A stretch of 64,000 nucleotides of DNA from Lama guanicoe (lineage: Eukaryota), in the NCBI GenBank assembly GCA_013239625.1, contig MU054220.1, forward strand, positions 8,281,367-8,345,366, written 5' to 3'. Positions 39,190 to 52,767 of this stretch are shown in pieces. The translations under genes and the position numbers were made by a program. Below the pieces are notes generated by a model. It had not been told where the DNA came from, ran no database searches, and saw only the letters and a program-made list of their open reading frames with translations. Every line of letters starts with the position of its first letter. Within the stretch, counting starts at the first letter, position 1.

Positions 39190-39545
39190 TGGAGAACTTA
39201 CTCATGATGAAACTATAATTTCTCCCTTTCTCCTCTGCACACATTCCCGCCTTTTTAGGGCGCTTTCTTATTCTCTGGAACACAGTGTTCCAGGCCCATC
39301 TTGTATTTTCCTCATCCCAGCTCGGGAGGTAGGCGTTTTCCCAAGGAGCCTTCGATATTTTTATTGGAAAATAGTATTAACAAACCAACATCTTGGTGCT
39401 GGGTATATTCATCATTATTGGAGTGTCACTGCACATGAATATATGTATGTAAGTATATGTGCATGTTTGTCTATTTTACATCTATTTATTAATATCTAAG
39501 GAAACCCCACATGTGTTCTTATTGATACCACCATGCCACCAGATT
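39190..39545 (-). mobile_element. L1MC/L1MD-like 3' UTR fragment
   Basis: gttccaggcccatcttgtattttcctcatcccagc...ttcccaaggagcc...aaaccaacatcttggtgctgggt. Confidence 0.7.
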
Positions 39546-40922
39546 TATTCTCCAAAAGTGGGAATGCTCCTTCTGCCTAACTGGGGTTCCTTGGCTCCTG
39601 CAAATGGACAGTGTCTGGGGCAAAAGGTGAAAGAATAAGAAAGAAGGAGAAAGAAAGGAAAATGGAAGGGAAAAATGAGACAGGAGTCAAGAAGCAGTTG
39701 AAAAGGGGAAGCTGTACGCTTTTCAGGGAAATTTTAGTAAACTATGATGTAAAATATTTATCACAGGCTAAATACTTGGTTACATCCCACATCGGTGATG
39801 ATACACAGCTTGATAAAATGATGTGGAACGAAAGCATCCTGACACGTGTGGCTCAAAAGTGATCACTGGACTGTTTTTCTGGGTATCTGGCAAAGATGTT
39901 TACCGGAAGATAGGAAAGATTAAGAAATGTCCACATTTTGTTAACTACTCCAATATGAGGTAGAACGATTTCAACTGAATGTTATAATCCAGGTCAGCAG
40001 GAATTAGGCTAGAACTCAAACAAAGCCACTGACTTATCTGGTCTGTTCGACTGAATAGTCCACTCTGGACCCAATTTACACCTCAGAAATGTAGAAGCCT
40101 AAAAAATTACCTTCAGTGTAGGATAAAACACATAGCTTTTGTATGTCTGAGAAGGGGAATACATTTCCATTGATTCTGTAACTATTTAAAATTCTGTGAG
40201 GTTTATTTTAAAGTGAGAAAGAGTGAAAATAATTCTACCCTATTTACAGATGCTGTATATTTCCCCCAACTGAAACCAAACATAATTTTGATATAAGGGA
40301 TAGATGTCAGATAAAAGAAAATATTTGCTCTCATCTGGACCCAATTGGAATATTACCTTTTCTAAGAAGACTTCTGCTGTCTCCCATGTAGTTAAGCAAT
40401 TCCTTCTTTATAACCCCACAGTACTTGTAAAAACCTTTATTGCAATAGCTAATATGGAACGTTATGAGTGTTATGAGAGCCTTTCAAAATGATTTAATGC
40501 TTAGACAGAATTTCTGATTAAGTTGAAATGTTACTTCCTCCTGATTGGTTTCATTTATTAAGAAGTCTCTAAAAGAAATATTCCTTAGAGAGGCTCATTA
40601 AGTTGTAACTTTAAGCAAATTGATTGTACATACTTAATTGTTCTGTTCCCTTAAGCATTGTGTCTGGTGTAACAATATCAAAATCATTTTGGCAGCACAT
40701 GTGATGGTTTTCACTTTCAGTCAGAAAGAAAAATATTGCCCAGTGAACTGAGAACAATATATAAACACACACAAACATAAACGACTCTCCATATAAGTGT
40801 GATGCACACACAGACACATATACACTGAGAGGCATATGCATATGCAAGTCCAACCAATGTGTACTCATTGAGCAACATTAGCATGTGAATGTCCTCAGAC
40901 TTTTCTGCCATTTGCCTCCTAG

Positions 40923-40992
40923 ATAGGAACCACCTTTGTTCGTCTGAGTTTCATTGTCTACCTGGTACCAATGTTGATTCAGCTTCTGCTAG
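40923..40992 (+). other. Candidate 70-bp exon
   Basis: Acceptor cttttctgccatttgcctcctAG, donor TAG|GTGAGT; two frames open. Confidence 0.3.
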
Positions 40993-42377
40993 GTGAGTCT
41001 TTAGGTTTTGCTACATGGAGTCAGGTGCAATGGACAAAGGATGCATTAGATGAGGCTGTGAAATCAGTTGTATAGGGAGTGTTGTAAAGAGAAACCCAAA
41101 ATTAGAGATAGCATATAAGAGAAGCTTTAATTAGCAACAAAAAAAAAGAAAAAAATAGTTTCAAAAAAGATATATTGATTGGACCATGTAACTTTTTCAC
41201 AGTGTTGAAGTGTAAAACTTGAATTTAGAGTTTTGTTCTTTACACTAACACAGTAATTCTGGTCACTGTGAGGCTTAATGTTTTCTGCAGTTTAATATAT
41301 GGCCTCTATTATGTTTATATGCTTATATTGGTTAGTATGTTATATACTAATATGCATATTTAGAAATTCATATCTTCATATATGTGCATATATGTATATA
41401 AATATATATCATCACATGCTATTTGTCATTATTTAAATGGCAATTACTTTTATTTTCTACTTATTTTAATATGTCTGAAATCAGGAGGCATTTTGAAATC
41501 AATGGTATTTGATTTGAAAAAGTGTTCCTTAGTTTTCCATAAAATATTGTTTTATCATACTATATATAGAAATATAGATTTGAATAATACATAGATTTTA
41601 TTTTATATGTAAAAATTTATTTTATTGAACTGATCAATTTAATCAATTGGATGAAATTATACCTTCCTAATTGATCATTTAAATAATGAAATCAGGAAAG
41701 CATTAAAAAAATGAAATGAATTTGAAGAAATATTTTCATCACTGTATAAAATAGGTGTTGAATGTTAAGAGAAACATTTATTTTTCTGCAAAATTTCTGA
41801 TGCCTGCCAATTTTCCTGTTTCTTCAAAATGCTACAGTTTGAGCTCAATAATACATTTCATTAAGAGGCAAAATTTGATATTAATATTAATAATGTTAAT
41901 TTATATTAAGCACATTTTGAAACTTTATTTTTGTAAGGGTTATTCATCAATCTAAAATTATTAAAGTTTTAAACTGATTTTTAAATGGCTTTGAAACATT
42001 AATACAGCTGCTTAATTTAAAATACTCCCAGATCAGAAATGAACACAAACATAGACACAAAGACACACATACCACACACACAGAAACATAAGCACCCACA
42101 ATCTAATGGAAGACTCTTTCCATTTTAAAATTTACAACAAATAGAATTTAGATTATTCCAAGTTTCTTCCAAATTAGTGAATTACTTTTTTCATCATCAA
42201 TTAAACTGCAGCATTTTTGGAAAAGAGTAGACCTTAAATTGATTATATTTTGTTTTATGGAATATTCTAGGGATGTAAGGGGTGGTGATGTGTGTAGGTA
42301 ACTTTCTCGGTTTTAACAAATGTTTTTGACCACTTATATACCCTAAGAATTGAGATAAGGCCCTATTATTTATAGAA

Positions 42378-42415
42378 GATGATAGATAGATAGGTAGATA
42401 GATAGGTAGATACAG
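42378..42415. repeat. (GATA/GGTA)n tetranucleotide repeat
   Basis: gatgatagatagataggtagatagataggtagat. Confidence 0.85.
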
Positions 42416-43069
42416 ACAATCTCCTTTGGAGTCATGAACAGTTTATTTATCTTCCTTAATTCAGAATCATAAGCTAAAAATGAAAGATGGGGCATGGAGG
42501 TTTACTTCAAAATTTCCTCTGTGCCTAAGCACATATTATTTTGTTGATTTGTATTATTAGAAAATCCTCCTTATATAGACACAGATTCATATTTTATTAG
42601 ATACATATTTGACCATTGTCAAAATAATGAGATCAATGATTTGGAATGTGTGAATAAATCTATGAAAATCAACAATAATTTTAAACAACTTTTTTATCAT
42701 CTCTAAAGACTGCCTAGTACCTATATAATATTTAATCAAAACTTAAAAAAATAATTATTTTCCTCTGCATGCATTCACTCCCATTGTGTAAAATGTGCTC
42801 TGCCCATTTACCATAAGCGTGACTCAATATGAGAAGATGTGAGAAAGCCAAAATGTTTAAAAAATGGACTATATTAAATTTACTCATTGACCATAAGAGG
42901 CCTTATAATTTCTCCTTCATGTCATTGCATGACTTGACCAATGTTACACAGTCAGTTTGTAAAGAATCAGGACAAAAACTGCCATAATGATTTCTGGTTT
43001 ATTTTATGCTTCTCATATAGGCATATAAAATATAAAGTCTGTACATAGTCATTTGAATTATAATAAAGG

Positions 43070-44115
43070 TGACACTACAGCCAAATGAATCAAAGATAGT
43101 CTTTCCAATAAGTGATGCTGGATTAACTGAATATTATGTACAGGAAATATGAATCTTGACTCTACTTCACATCATAGACAAAAAATAATTTCAGATCCCT
43201 TGTGATATGAAATACAAAAGTTAAAGCAATAATGCATGCAAAATAAATTGGAAATGTTTTTCTGGAGAATATAAAAATATTTTTTAAAAAAGATACTAGA
43301 AGATCTATTTATAAGTAAATGGTCAATAATTTAAAGAAAATTAAAATTGAGAAATTTTTATCATTAAAATACATTATTTTTATAATGAAAAGGCAAACCA
43401 TATACTGGTGAACTAATTTGCAAAAGATATATTTGACAGTACTCTCCCACCCTAAATACACACACATACATATATATGCAGCAAAACAAAAAGAAAAAAG
43501 ATGACAATCAATGGACAACAGCCTTAGACAGTCATTTACAAAGAGACTATCTAAATGACAAGCATATGAAAATGTGCTCAACCTCATTGGCCATAAAGAA
43601 AATACAAACTAATGCTGCATTGAATATAGTACACACCCACTAGAATCACTAAAGTAAATTGCCTGACAATTCCAAGTCCTGTGGGCTCTGTAACATCTTC
43701 AACTGCTAAGAATTTATATTGTTATAGACACCTTAGACAATTGTTCTAAAGTACATACCAGTGCTTTATTTGGGCATAACATATAACCTTAAAAATCACA
43801 CATTTAAGGCATTCCCTTAAATATGTGAGAGTATATTCAGCCAGACATATACAAGAATATTTATGACAGTACTATGTTGAATGATTCCCAATAGGTAATA
43901 AGTCAGATGTCCATGAGTGTAGAATACATAAATAAATAAGATGCGGCATATACATTAAGGCAAAAATATACAGCAGTGCACATAAATAATGTATTCTACA
44001 CATAATAGCATGAACGGGCTTGCAAGAAAACATGTTGACTAAAGGAAGACAGACTCAAGAGAGTCAAGATGGCATGAATCCATTTATATAGTTTTCAAAG
44101 TAAGTGAAACTGAGA
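43070..44115 (+). mobile_element. Old L1ME-like ORF2 end and 3' region
   Basis: gatagtctttccaataagtgatgctgg, aagcatatgaaaatgtgctcaacctcatt, aaaggaagacagactcaagagag. Confidence 0.75.
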
Positions 44116-45534
44116 AAATTCAAAACTCACAGGAAAGGGGTAAAATAATCAGTGTGTGACTATTCAGCATTCACAAAAGAGGTTCTTCCTGTTTAAAAGC
44201 AAAATAACAGAAATGGGTTATGTTTTGGTATTAGGATAATTTTTTTCTCCTAGGTTCTGTGTTGCTCACACATAACTTTGTGGTGAAAAATATGCATTAT
44301 AAACAAGGGTGTTCCCATGAGGTTCCTCTAAATAGCAGGAATAGATGGTGTTAAGTGTGAAGGATTTTTTTTTGTTACAAAGTACGGAACTTCATAAATG
44401 TCTATACAACTATTTTACAGTTTCAAATTAAGCTACCCAAAAACCAAAAATTAGTATAGTCCAGGTTATTCTTTTAGTATGCCAGTTTCATGTTTAATTT
44501 CTTTGTGAACCCTTCAGTGGTAGATAGGTTACCCACTGAGGCATGGATGAAGTGAACATTTAAGAGCACCAGGCTGATACTCCATCGGCAGCTCCTTTCC
44601 AATATGGTGCCTTTGACCTATGTTTTTGTATTGCCGCGTTGTGTGAAACATCTTCCCTAATGTGGTGTTTGTTCTCTCTTGCTCTCATTAATAAAAAAGA
44701 TTTATCTGATACATTAATCAGTGAACACAAATGATACCCACTGGCAATGAGAAACTATTTGTGATTTTATAAGATGTGCTTATTATTAATGGTGTTCTGC
44801 TGGTTATTGCAATTAGGCATGTGTAAAATTTTCAGAAGTGACTTATGATGATTAATTTCTCAGATAGCAAACTCTCCTGTCCTTTTTATAAATGACGAGA
44901 GTCTGAGATTTATAGATGTTGAGTAACTTCTCCAAATGCACAAACAAAAGATGGCAACAAAGGAACAACCATCACTGATGGTGCCCTTGCTAACAGATTT
45001 CCTACAAGAGCAGAATTTGCTTTACCAAAGAAAACAGCAGTCAAAAAAGAGACCATCAAAATCCCTCCCTGCACATCAGCCTAACTAACATATCTCAATC
45101 AATGATTACAATTTTCTACTAAGGTAACCCCTTAGACAGTAGAGGAGGATGAACTTGTGTCACGGGAGCAGTAGGAACTATGGTCTGAAGCAAGCATTGC
45201 CCAAATTTCCTGCAAAGACTCATGCTTTATCTTTCAGATTAATGCAGATTTTGCATATGGCCTGGAGCTATCCATGTTTGATTTTACTGGCAGTAGAGTG
45301 TATAAAATTGCTCACCAGGAAGATGATATATCTCCATTATCCTTATACCTCATGACTAACTGCAGTTAGCTGGGAGTGGAAAACAAGCCCTCTAAAACAA
45401 AGAGTTGACAACTAATAACGTGCCTTATTTTCCCTTGCTTAGGTCTAGCGAAGTCTGAGGACCTACTGTGTGTCAGCATTTATTTCAGGGCAAAAACCTA
45501 TGAGAGTAGGAAGAGTCAGAATGCATAAATCTGA

Positions 45535-45710
45535 GGGAATCTTGAGCAGCTCTCTCCACTTATCTGAACCTCAGTTTCTTCATGTATAAAATGAGAACGA
45601 CAAAATTAGATTTCATAGAGCTATCACAAGGATCTCAGGTGACAAATGCTTGTGGATGGAAGTGTTTCTAGAAACCATGAAGGGCTATGTACATTTAAGA
45701 GTCAGTCATT
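45535..45710 (+). mobile_element. MIR
   Basis: cttgagcag...tctgaacctcagtttcttcatgtataaaatgag. Confidence 0.7.
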
Positions 45711-45795
45711 GTGTGTATGTGTGTGTGTTTGTGTGTGTGTATGTGTGTGTGTACACATATATATACATATACAATATATACATATACATATATAT
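45710..45795. repeat. (TG)n/(TA)n compound microsatellite
   Basis: Directly visible. Confidence 0.9.
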
Positions 45796-45799
45796 GGTA

Positions 45800-45870
45800 G
45801 GCTTTGGGTTTAGGTGCTGAGGATACAGTAGTATACCAAACAGTCAAACATTTCTGCCCTCATGGGAATA
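45800..45870 (-). mobile_element. L2 3' end fragment
   Basis: taggtgctgaggatacagtag...tctgccctcatggga. Confidence 0.6.
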
Positions 45871-45934
45871 GAAGTAACAAAGTTAATGATTATATATATG
45901 ATATAGGCCTGTAAAAGCTCTGCCTAGGTAGATA

Positions 45935-47260
45935 TTTAGACTTAAATGTAAGACCTGAAACTATAAAATGCTAGGAAAAAAACAGGAAAAATGTCAAAGT
46001 TTTTTGACACCAGTCTTGGCAATAATTTTGGATATGACACCTAAAGCATAGGCAACAAAAGCAAAAATGAACAAGTAAGATTACATCAAAACTAAAAAGC
46101 TTCTGCACAGCAAAGAAAACCATCAACAAAGTGAAAAGGCAACTTACCGAATGGAAAAATACTTACAAATCACATATTTGATAAGGGGGTAATATGCAAA
46201 ATAGATGAGAAATTAGTAACTCAACAGAAAGAAAAAAAATAAATCCAGTTTAAAAATGGCCAATTGGACTTGAATAGACAATTTTCAAAAGAAGATATTG
46301 AAATAGCTAACAGGTACGTGGGAAGGTGCTCAGCATCGCATATCATCAGGGAAATGAAAACCAAAACCACAGTGAGACATCACCTCCCCACTGTTAGAAT
46401 GGCTATAAAGACGAGAAAATAAGTGCTGGTGAGAATGTGGGGAAAAGGGAGCACTTGTACACTGTTGGTGGGGATGTAAATTGGTACAGCCACTGTGGAA
46501 AACATTTTGGAGGTTCCCCCCAAATTAAAAATAGAACTACCATGTGATCCAGCAATTCTGCTTTTGGGTATATCTCCAAAGGAAATGAAATCAGTATCTA
46601 AAACAGATACCTGCATTCTCCTGTTCATTCCAGCCTTATTTACAATAGTCAAGGCATAGAAACAACCTAATGTCCACTGATGGATAAATGGATAAAGAAA
46701 ATGTGACATGTGTATATGTAATGGAATATTATTCAGCCATAAAAAGGAGAATATCCTGCTATTTGTAACAACATGGAAGAACCTTGAGGGCATTAGGATA
46801 CCTGAAATAAGCTAGATTGAGAAAGACAAAACTATATGATCTCATTTATGGGCATAATTTAAAAACAAAACAAAACAAACAAACAAACAAACTTCATAGA
46901 AACAGAGAACAGATTGGTAGTTACCAGAGGTGGGTTTCAAGGTGGGAAATGGTTTAAGCTGGTCAAAAAGTGCAGGCTTCTAGTGCTAAGATAAACTTGA
47001 GTTCTGGGGATGTAATGTACAGCATGGTGACTTTAGATAACTACACTGTATTATATATTTGAAAATTGCTAAGAGAGTAGATCCTAAAGGTTCTCATCAC
47101 AAGGAAAAAGGTTTTTGTAACTATGTGAAGTGATAGACGTTCACTAACCTTAGTGCGGTGGTCATTTCACAATATATATGTATGTCAAATCATGTTGTTC
47201 ACCTTAAACTTATAGAAAATTATATGCTAGTTATCTCAATAAAACTAGAAGGAAAAAAAA
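45935..47260 (+). mobile_element. 5'-truncated L1MA9-like element
   Basis: ORF2 end plus 3' UTR gttctggggatgtaatgtacagcatggtgact...ttgctaagagagtagatcctaaaggttctcatcac...tctcAATAAA, A tail. Confidence 0.92.
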
Positions 47261-48159
47261 TGACAGACATAGTTAAGTCGATTGAAACTAGATGCCAATT
47301 AACTGTTGGATAGAAAATTTGAACGTAAGTTTTTCTTTGTTATTTTAGAATACAAAGGAAGGGGAAAAAGCCAAGACCTGATTACACAAAATCACAGAAT
47401 CTATGACTAATTAAAAATGAAAGCTGGAAAAAAGGAAGATGCGTCATCACTTGTAAAATATTTTGTCTCTTAGAAAGACAAACGCATAATTCTGACTGAA
47501 GGTTTCTAAAAGAATGGTCTCAGCTGCCAGTTCAATTAAATTCATTTAAGAAAATACCAGACCCAAACTGCCTTTTTCCATTATATTCTAATATCTCTTA
47601 ACACATTTTTCTATAGCTCTCTTCTCATTTTCGCTTCCCATATTCCATCCAAACTGAAACACTAGATAAAGCCTAAGTCAGAGTAGACTCAGTCAGTTTA
47701 ATCTGAACAAGATGAGAAAAGAACCATTTAATTAAATAAAATTTAATCCACAGAGGAATACTATTTTATTAAAATTAAAATAAAGTCAAATAAATTCAGA
47801 ATAGACCCAATGAATTAATTTAAGCCATTTTAAACACAATTCTGCAGAATATAATTCAAAATAGATAAAATATTATATACAATCCTTATAAAAATCATCT
47901 TATAATGAAATGAAAGGTATCAATGTAATCCAGATTAATTCAAAACATTTTAACATACGGAAACCAAACTGTCAAGACTCAGTACATTTAATCCATATTA
48001 GATACTTAGAATGTTTAATTCAATTAAATAAAATTCTATATAAGTAACCTTAGTCCAGAAACATTTTTGTTTATTCCAGTAAGCTAAAATCAATTCAGTT
48101 TAATCCTTTACAAAAAGTTAAACTTGGCTCAGATTCATTCATATACGTTTAAATTTAAT

Positions 48160-49720
48160 GTAACCAGTAATTCTGTGGTCAGCAAAATTATCCTTCAGAA
48201 GTGAAGCAGAAATAAAAACTTCCTCATATAAACCGAAACTAACACTAATAAATTTCACTGCCAGCAGAAATGTTCTCAGAAAAAATATTGATAAGTCTTT
48301 AATCTGGCTACCCAAAACAAACAAACAAACAACAGCAAAACAGTGGACACAAATTATCAAATAAGAAATCAAGAAGAGAGTCATCCCTGTTGATCTGATG
48401 AATATTAAAATATAGAATGAATAGTAGAAAAAACTCTATGCCCACATATTTGATAACTTAAATAAAATGGACCAATGCCATGAAAGACACAAACTACCAA
48501 AATCACACAAAAAGAAAGAAAGAACTTAGATAGCTCTATGTCTATTAATAAATTGAATCACTGATTAATAGTCTTCCCCCAAAATGCAACAGACCCAGAC
48601 AGTTTCACTTGTGAATTCTACGGAACATTTAAGGAAGAATGGTACCAGTTCTCTATAATCTCCCCAGAAACGAGACTCAGAGAGAACACTCTAATTCATT
48701 CTGTCATTCTGTGAGGCAAGTATTACCCTAACATGAAAACCAGGTGAAGACATTACAAGGAAGGGAAACTACAGACCAGTAATTATTATGAATAGAGATG
48801 CAAAATTCTGCAACAAAGTATTAGCCAACTGAATCCTAATAAAAGGGATAATGCACCACAAGCAGACGGTGTTGGTTTGTAAACTAGACCACATAACTGA
48901 AGGGCAAGCAGAGACTGAAGAAAGAGGCAGGCCACTTCAGATGAGGAGCTAGCAGGTTTAACAGGCAAGGGAACATACATACAAGGCTTGCCTTGGGCGG
49001 GCACAAGACGAGTATGTCTCCATACCCACCTGCCAGAATCATTAAAGTTTCTGCAGAGGCTTTAACTGGGTTCGGTCATATATACCATCTAGATGCTCTC
49101 AGGACACACTGCTTTCTCAGGACTGTGTCCTTGAAAACGACTCTGGCTTTGGGAACAGTGGGTGGAACATACATTCCAAGAACAGGGGAGGGGGTGAGGA
49201 GCCTCCCATGGCCCAGGTCCAGCCTGAGGGTCAACCAGTGGTCACTTCTCCTTGATGACCTCCTCTTCCAGGTATCCGAGGCTGGTTCATCTGTCAATGA
49301 TAAAGTGATGGAATTTTCCACATCGACAGGTTAAAAAATCATATGATCATATAATTAATGTCGAAAAGCATTTAATAAAATTCAGCACCCATTCATAGAT
49401 AAAAGCTCTCAGCAAACCTTAATAGAGATGAACTTCCTCAGCTTGATAAAGAGCATCTTAAAAAAGCTGTAGCTAGCAGCATATTTAATTGTAAGAGACT
49501 GGATGCCTTCCAGAATGCGTAGAACATGTGCATAATTCCTGTTTCAAGCTGAAAAGAGAATTCTCAACATGAAACAGGGAAATTGAGAATAAGACAAGGA
49601 TGTCCTCACTCATCATTATTATTCAGCATTATAAGGAGGTCCTTGATAATGCAATGAGGCAAGAGAAAGAATTGAAAGGTTTTTTTTTTAAGGTATATAA
49701 ATTAGAAAGAAAGAAAAAAA
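48160..49720 (+). mobile_element. Old L1, internally deleted (ORF1 end joined to ORF2 RT region), split by an LTR
   Basis: ORF1-like gcaaaattatccttcagaagtgaag (KLSFRSE); ORF2 gaaactacagaccag, gatgcaaaattct, aaaagcatttaataaaattcagcacccattcat. Confidence 0.8.
48870..49270 (-). mobile_element. Solo LTR (ERV, family not identified) nested in L1
   Basis: About 400-bp GC-richer block that interrupts collinear L1 ORF2; the minus strand ends ...tttacaaaccaaCA. Confidence 0.68.
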
Positions 49721-50127
49721 ATCTTTTTAAAAAATAAGTCATCATTGACTAGTATATTTAATCCAGATCACTATCCAGATCACTCCACCTACTTGAAATT
49801 AAATTCCAATTTTGGTTATATACAACTATTAGAAGAGTTTCGTTTCATCCAGAAAAATTCACTGTGGTTTAAACCAGAGCAGAGATTAGTCATAATGGTA
49901 GGTTCTCCATATGTTTATGCTTATAAAAAATAAATTAGTACCTATATTTTGGATTTTTTTGGGTCCTGGATCTTTAAATATTTAATAGTCTTACATAAAT
50001 ATTTGAAAATCATTGGCCCAGACCACTTTAATTCAATTAAAGTCCCTGCTAAATTTCCTATAACATGGTACATTTCAATTTAATTCAATTAAAATCCCTG
50101 CTAAATTTTCTGTAATGTGATGGATTT

Positions 50128-50298
50128 ACCTTGGCTGAAATTTAGAATCTCCTTGGAAGCTTTTCAAAATTCTCAATAACCTTATCTCACCTCTGGTAAT
50201 CCAAATTTAATTGTTCTAGGGTAGCGCTCCTGTAAGGGTAATTTTTAAAAAATTCTCCGGATGACTTTAAGGCAAAGGAAGTTTTGAGAACCACTAGT
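50128..50298. mobile_element. MER5-like hAT-Charlie MITE
   Basis: ttagaatctccttggaagcttttcaaaat...ttttgagaaccact terminus. Confidence 0.7.
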
Positions 50299-50502
50299 TT
50301 AGGAACTGTTACTATTTGTATTGCCAAATATTTCCTGGAATCTCTACCTATAAAATTGGCCAGAGACCCGTTTCACAGCAATTTCCTTTACCTCCTGGGT
50401 TCGGATATACCAGGTATATCAGGGTGAAATATCTAACCGAATTTACAGAAGCATTCTAGAATGGTATAGAAGCCCAAGTAAGTGGATGGGCCCGCATGTT
50501 AA

Positions 50503-50678
50503 AGCAGTGTTTCTTGAAATTGATTGTATTATTGTCTGGGGATCTTGTTAAATTGCACCACAGATTCTGATCTATATGGTCATGAGGTAGGGAATGAGCT
50601 TCTGAATTTTTAACAAGCTTCTGTGTAATGCTAACTATGATCCGGCCAGTCCATGAACCCCCTGCTTTTAATAAGAAG
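50503..50678. mobile_element. MER5A-like hAT-Charlie MITE
   Basis: cagtgtttctt...ctggggatcttgttaaa...cagattctgat...tttttaacaagctt. Confidence 0.7.
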
Positions 50679-52767
50679 GCAGAGACCATGCTTGCAGCTG
50701 CCGGGACTCTAGTTGGAGAATCCTAGCCTTTAAGTGCAAGGTGCCAGTATTCTAGCTCTGCGATCACTCTCTTCTCAACATGAAGCAGGAGTTGTGCACA
50801 TGCTCTAAGCAGCCTTCAGGTAAAGATCATAACATGTACTAACTTTACATGTTTTCCGTACTTAAGAAAGCATATGGATATATATACATGAACGGTCATA
50901 TTGAGGCAAATTTAATTTATTCTAATTATTAAAAATCAAGCTACTCACACACTTAGCCACTTAATGGATTATTAGTTATAGACTCTTTAAAACAAAGCTA
51001 ATGCATTACAGCCAAACACCTTACATCATGCTGATGCATTCGGAGTTTGCTTTGGGCCATGCATTGAGAAACAGTCACCTTGTGCTTAAACTTTGCAGCT
51101 GATAACTTTCATCCTACAACCTTGGTAGTAACATAATTTTGGAAGAACTGGAATAGTTGACAAGGAAATGTGATGGTGAGTCAGTGTTATAATTGTGTGA
51201 GGCATGAGGTTGAGGGAGAAACTAGCTCACTACGTATAAACAATTAGTCTAGTTTCTTCAGTTAATATGAAGGTAAATATAGGAATCCGCAGAGAATTTG
51301 AACTGATGCAAATTATATTGTCAGGTATTCAGGGCTCCTTTTTAACTACCTACCAGGAAATTTTTTTTTTTCTTTTTCTAATTCAAGAAATTTGACCAGG
51401 GTAATTTACAGTTATGAGAACTAGATCGTATGTGGGCAGGGAACTCAGCAGGTCATTGCCACCAGGGTTTTTAATCCATACTCAAAGTAAACCATTTCCA
51501 GGAAGATTTACTTTTCTAAGGTGGTGGTTCTTGGCCTTGACAGTTCTATCTAAAATTGGCTGAAAGTTACACTATTTTTCCTCAGATCATTTCAGTAAGA
51601 TGGTAGATTCTGAAGCTATTTCTTAGTTCAGTGGAAAACATTTTAATAAACTGAATGTATAAATACACACAAGGACCTCTAGGCACTGTTAGCGTAACTT
51701 CTCTGCCAATGCACACGTGCAGGCACGTGCGTTCTAGCACACAGACTTGCTGTTAATAATGTGTATTGTATTTTCAGATACATAGTTGTTTGAGTCAATC
51801 CAGACACTTTTCTCTTATCCAGCCAAACATTTTCAAAGCTCATTAACACATCACTGTATAATTATAATTTCACTCTGCACAGCACTTTCCTGTTGACTGC
51901 AGGGTGGAGAATAGTTCCCTTTGGTGCCTTTCTCTCTCATCTGGAGCAAAGAACCTAACTGCTGTGACCACTTACGAGAAAAACTTGGCTCGCGGAAGGC
52001 CCCAGATGGAGGTCGTTCCAGTGTGTTTCCAGAGGCAGCATTTGTGTCTTTCATGGGCTTCCGGGCTGGCTCCTTTAAAGACCTCATGAACTTCTCTAGT
52101 GTTGACGTTTAGAACAGCTTGGACTTGCTTTTAGATATTAAGTTCAAATAACCTGTATTTACAACTAGATTATCTTCCTATGTTTTATTGATGAAAAACG
52201 TATACATTCCTGAAAATTTGGGCAATAGGTGATGAATAAATATAGCAGCATATAATGTGATTAGATTAACAGCCACAGTGTTAAAATCGTCCTTCCTTTT
52301 CAACCCCTAAAAACAGTCAAATGACATGCTCTACCGGACCGTAGACTGTCAGCAATGTTTTTGTTTTATAATTATTGAATCATGAAATGTTAAAATTGAC
52401 TTTGATTTTATGAACTGGAAGCTTTGTAGCATGTCTGGGCTTATGCTTGTTGACTCGGTGGGATGACTTCAGTGATCTCTAAAATGTTGGTTTGATAGGT
52501 GTGATAACTTCTGCAGTTACACTTAAAGCTTACCTGTTTTGTTTATCTCTCACATGAAATAAAACCATTCTACTCTTAAATGTCAAGATCAGACACAATT
52601 AAAAGCATAAAGCAAACGTTTATCTTAATAATAAGCCTTTAGTAAAGAGGGCTTATGACACCACGAACAAAGTATATACTTTCAGAGATATGTAAGATTC
52701 TATAACTCCACATATCAATGCTTAGCTAAATGCACACTCAAAACTGACTATAAACAAACTGATTTCT

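Noticed and set aside
41455..41520. Possible Tigger-like DNA transposon relic
   Set aside because: Too short and degenerate to support
51851..52112. 78-aa minus-strand ORF and overlapping + strand ORFs
   Set aside because: Short, no recognisable family, no supporting gene structure
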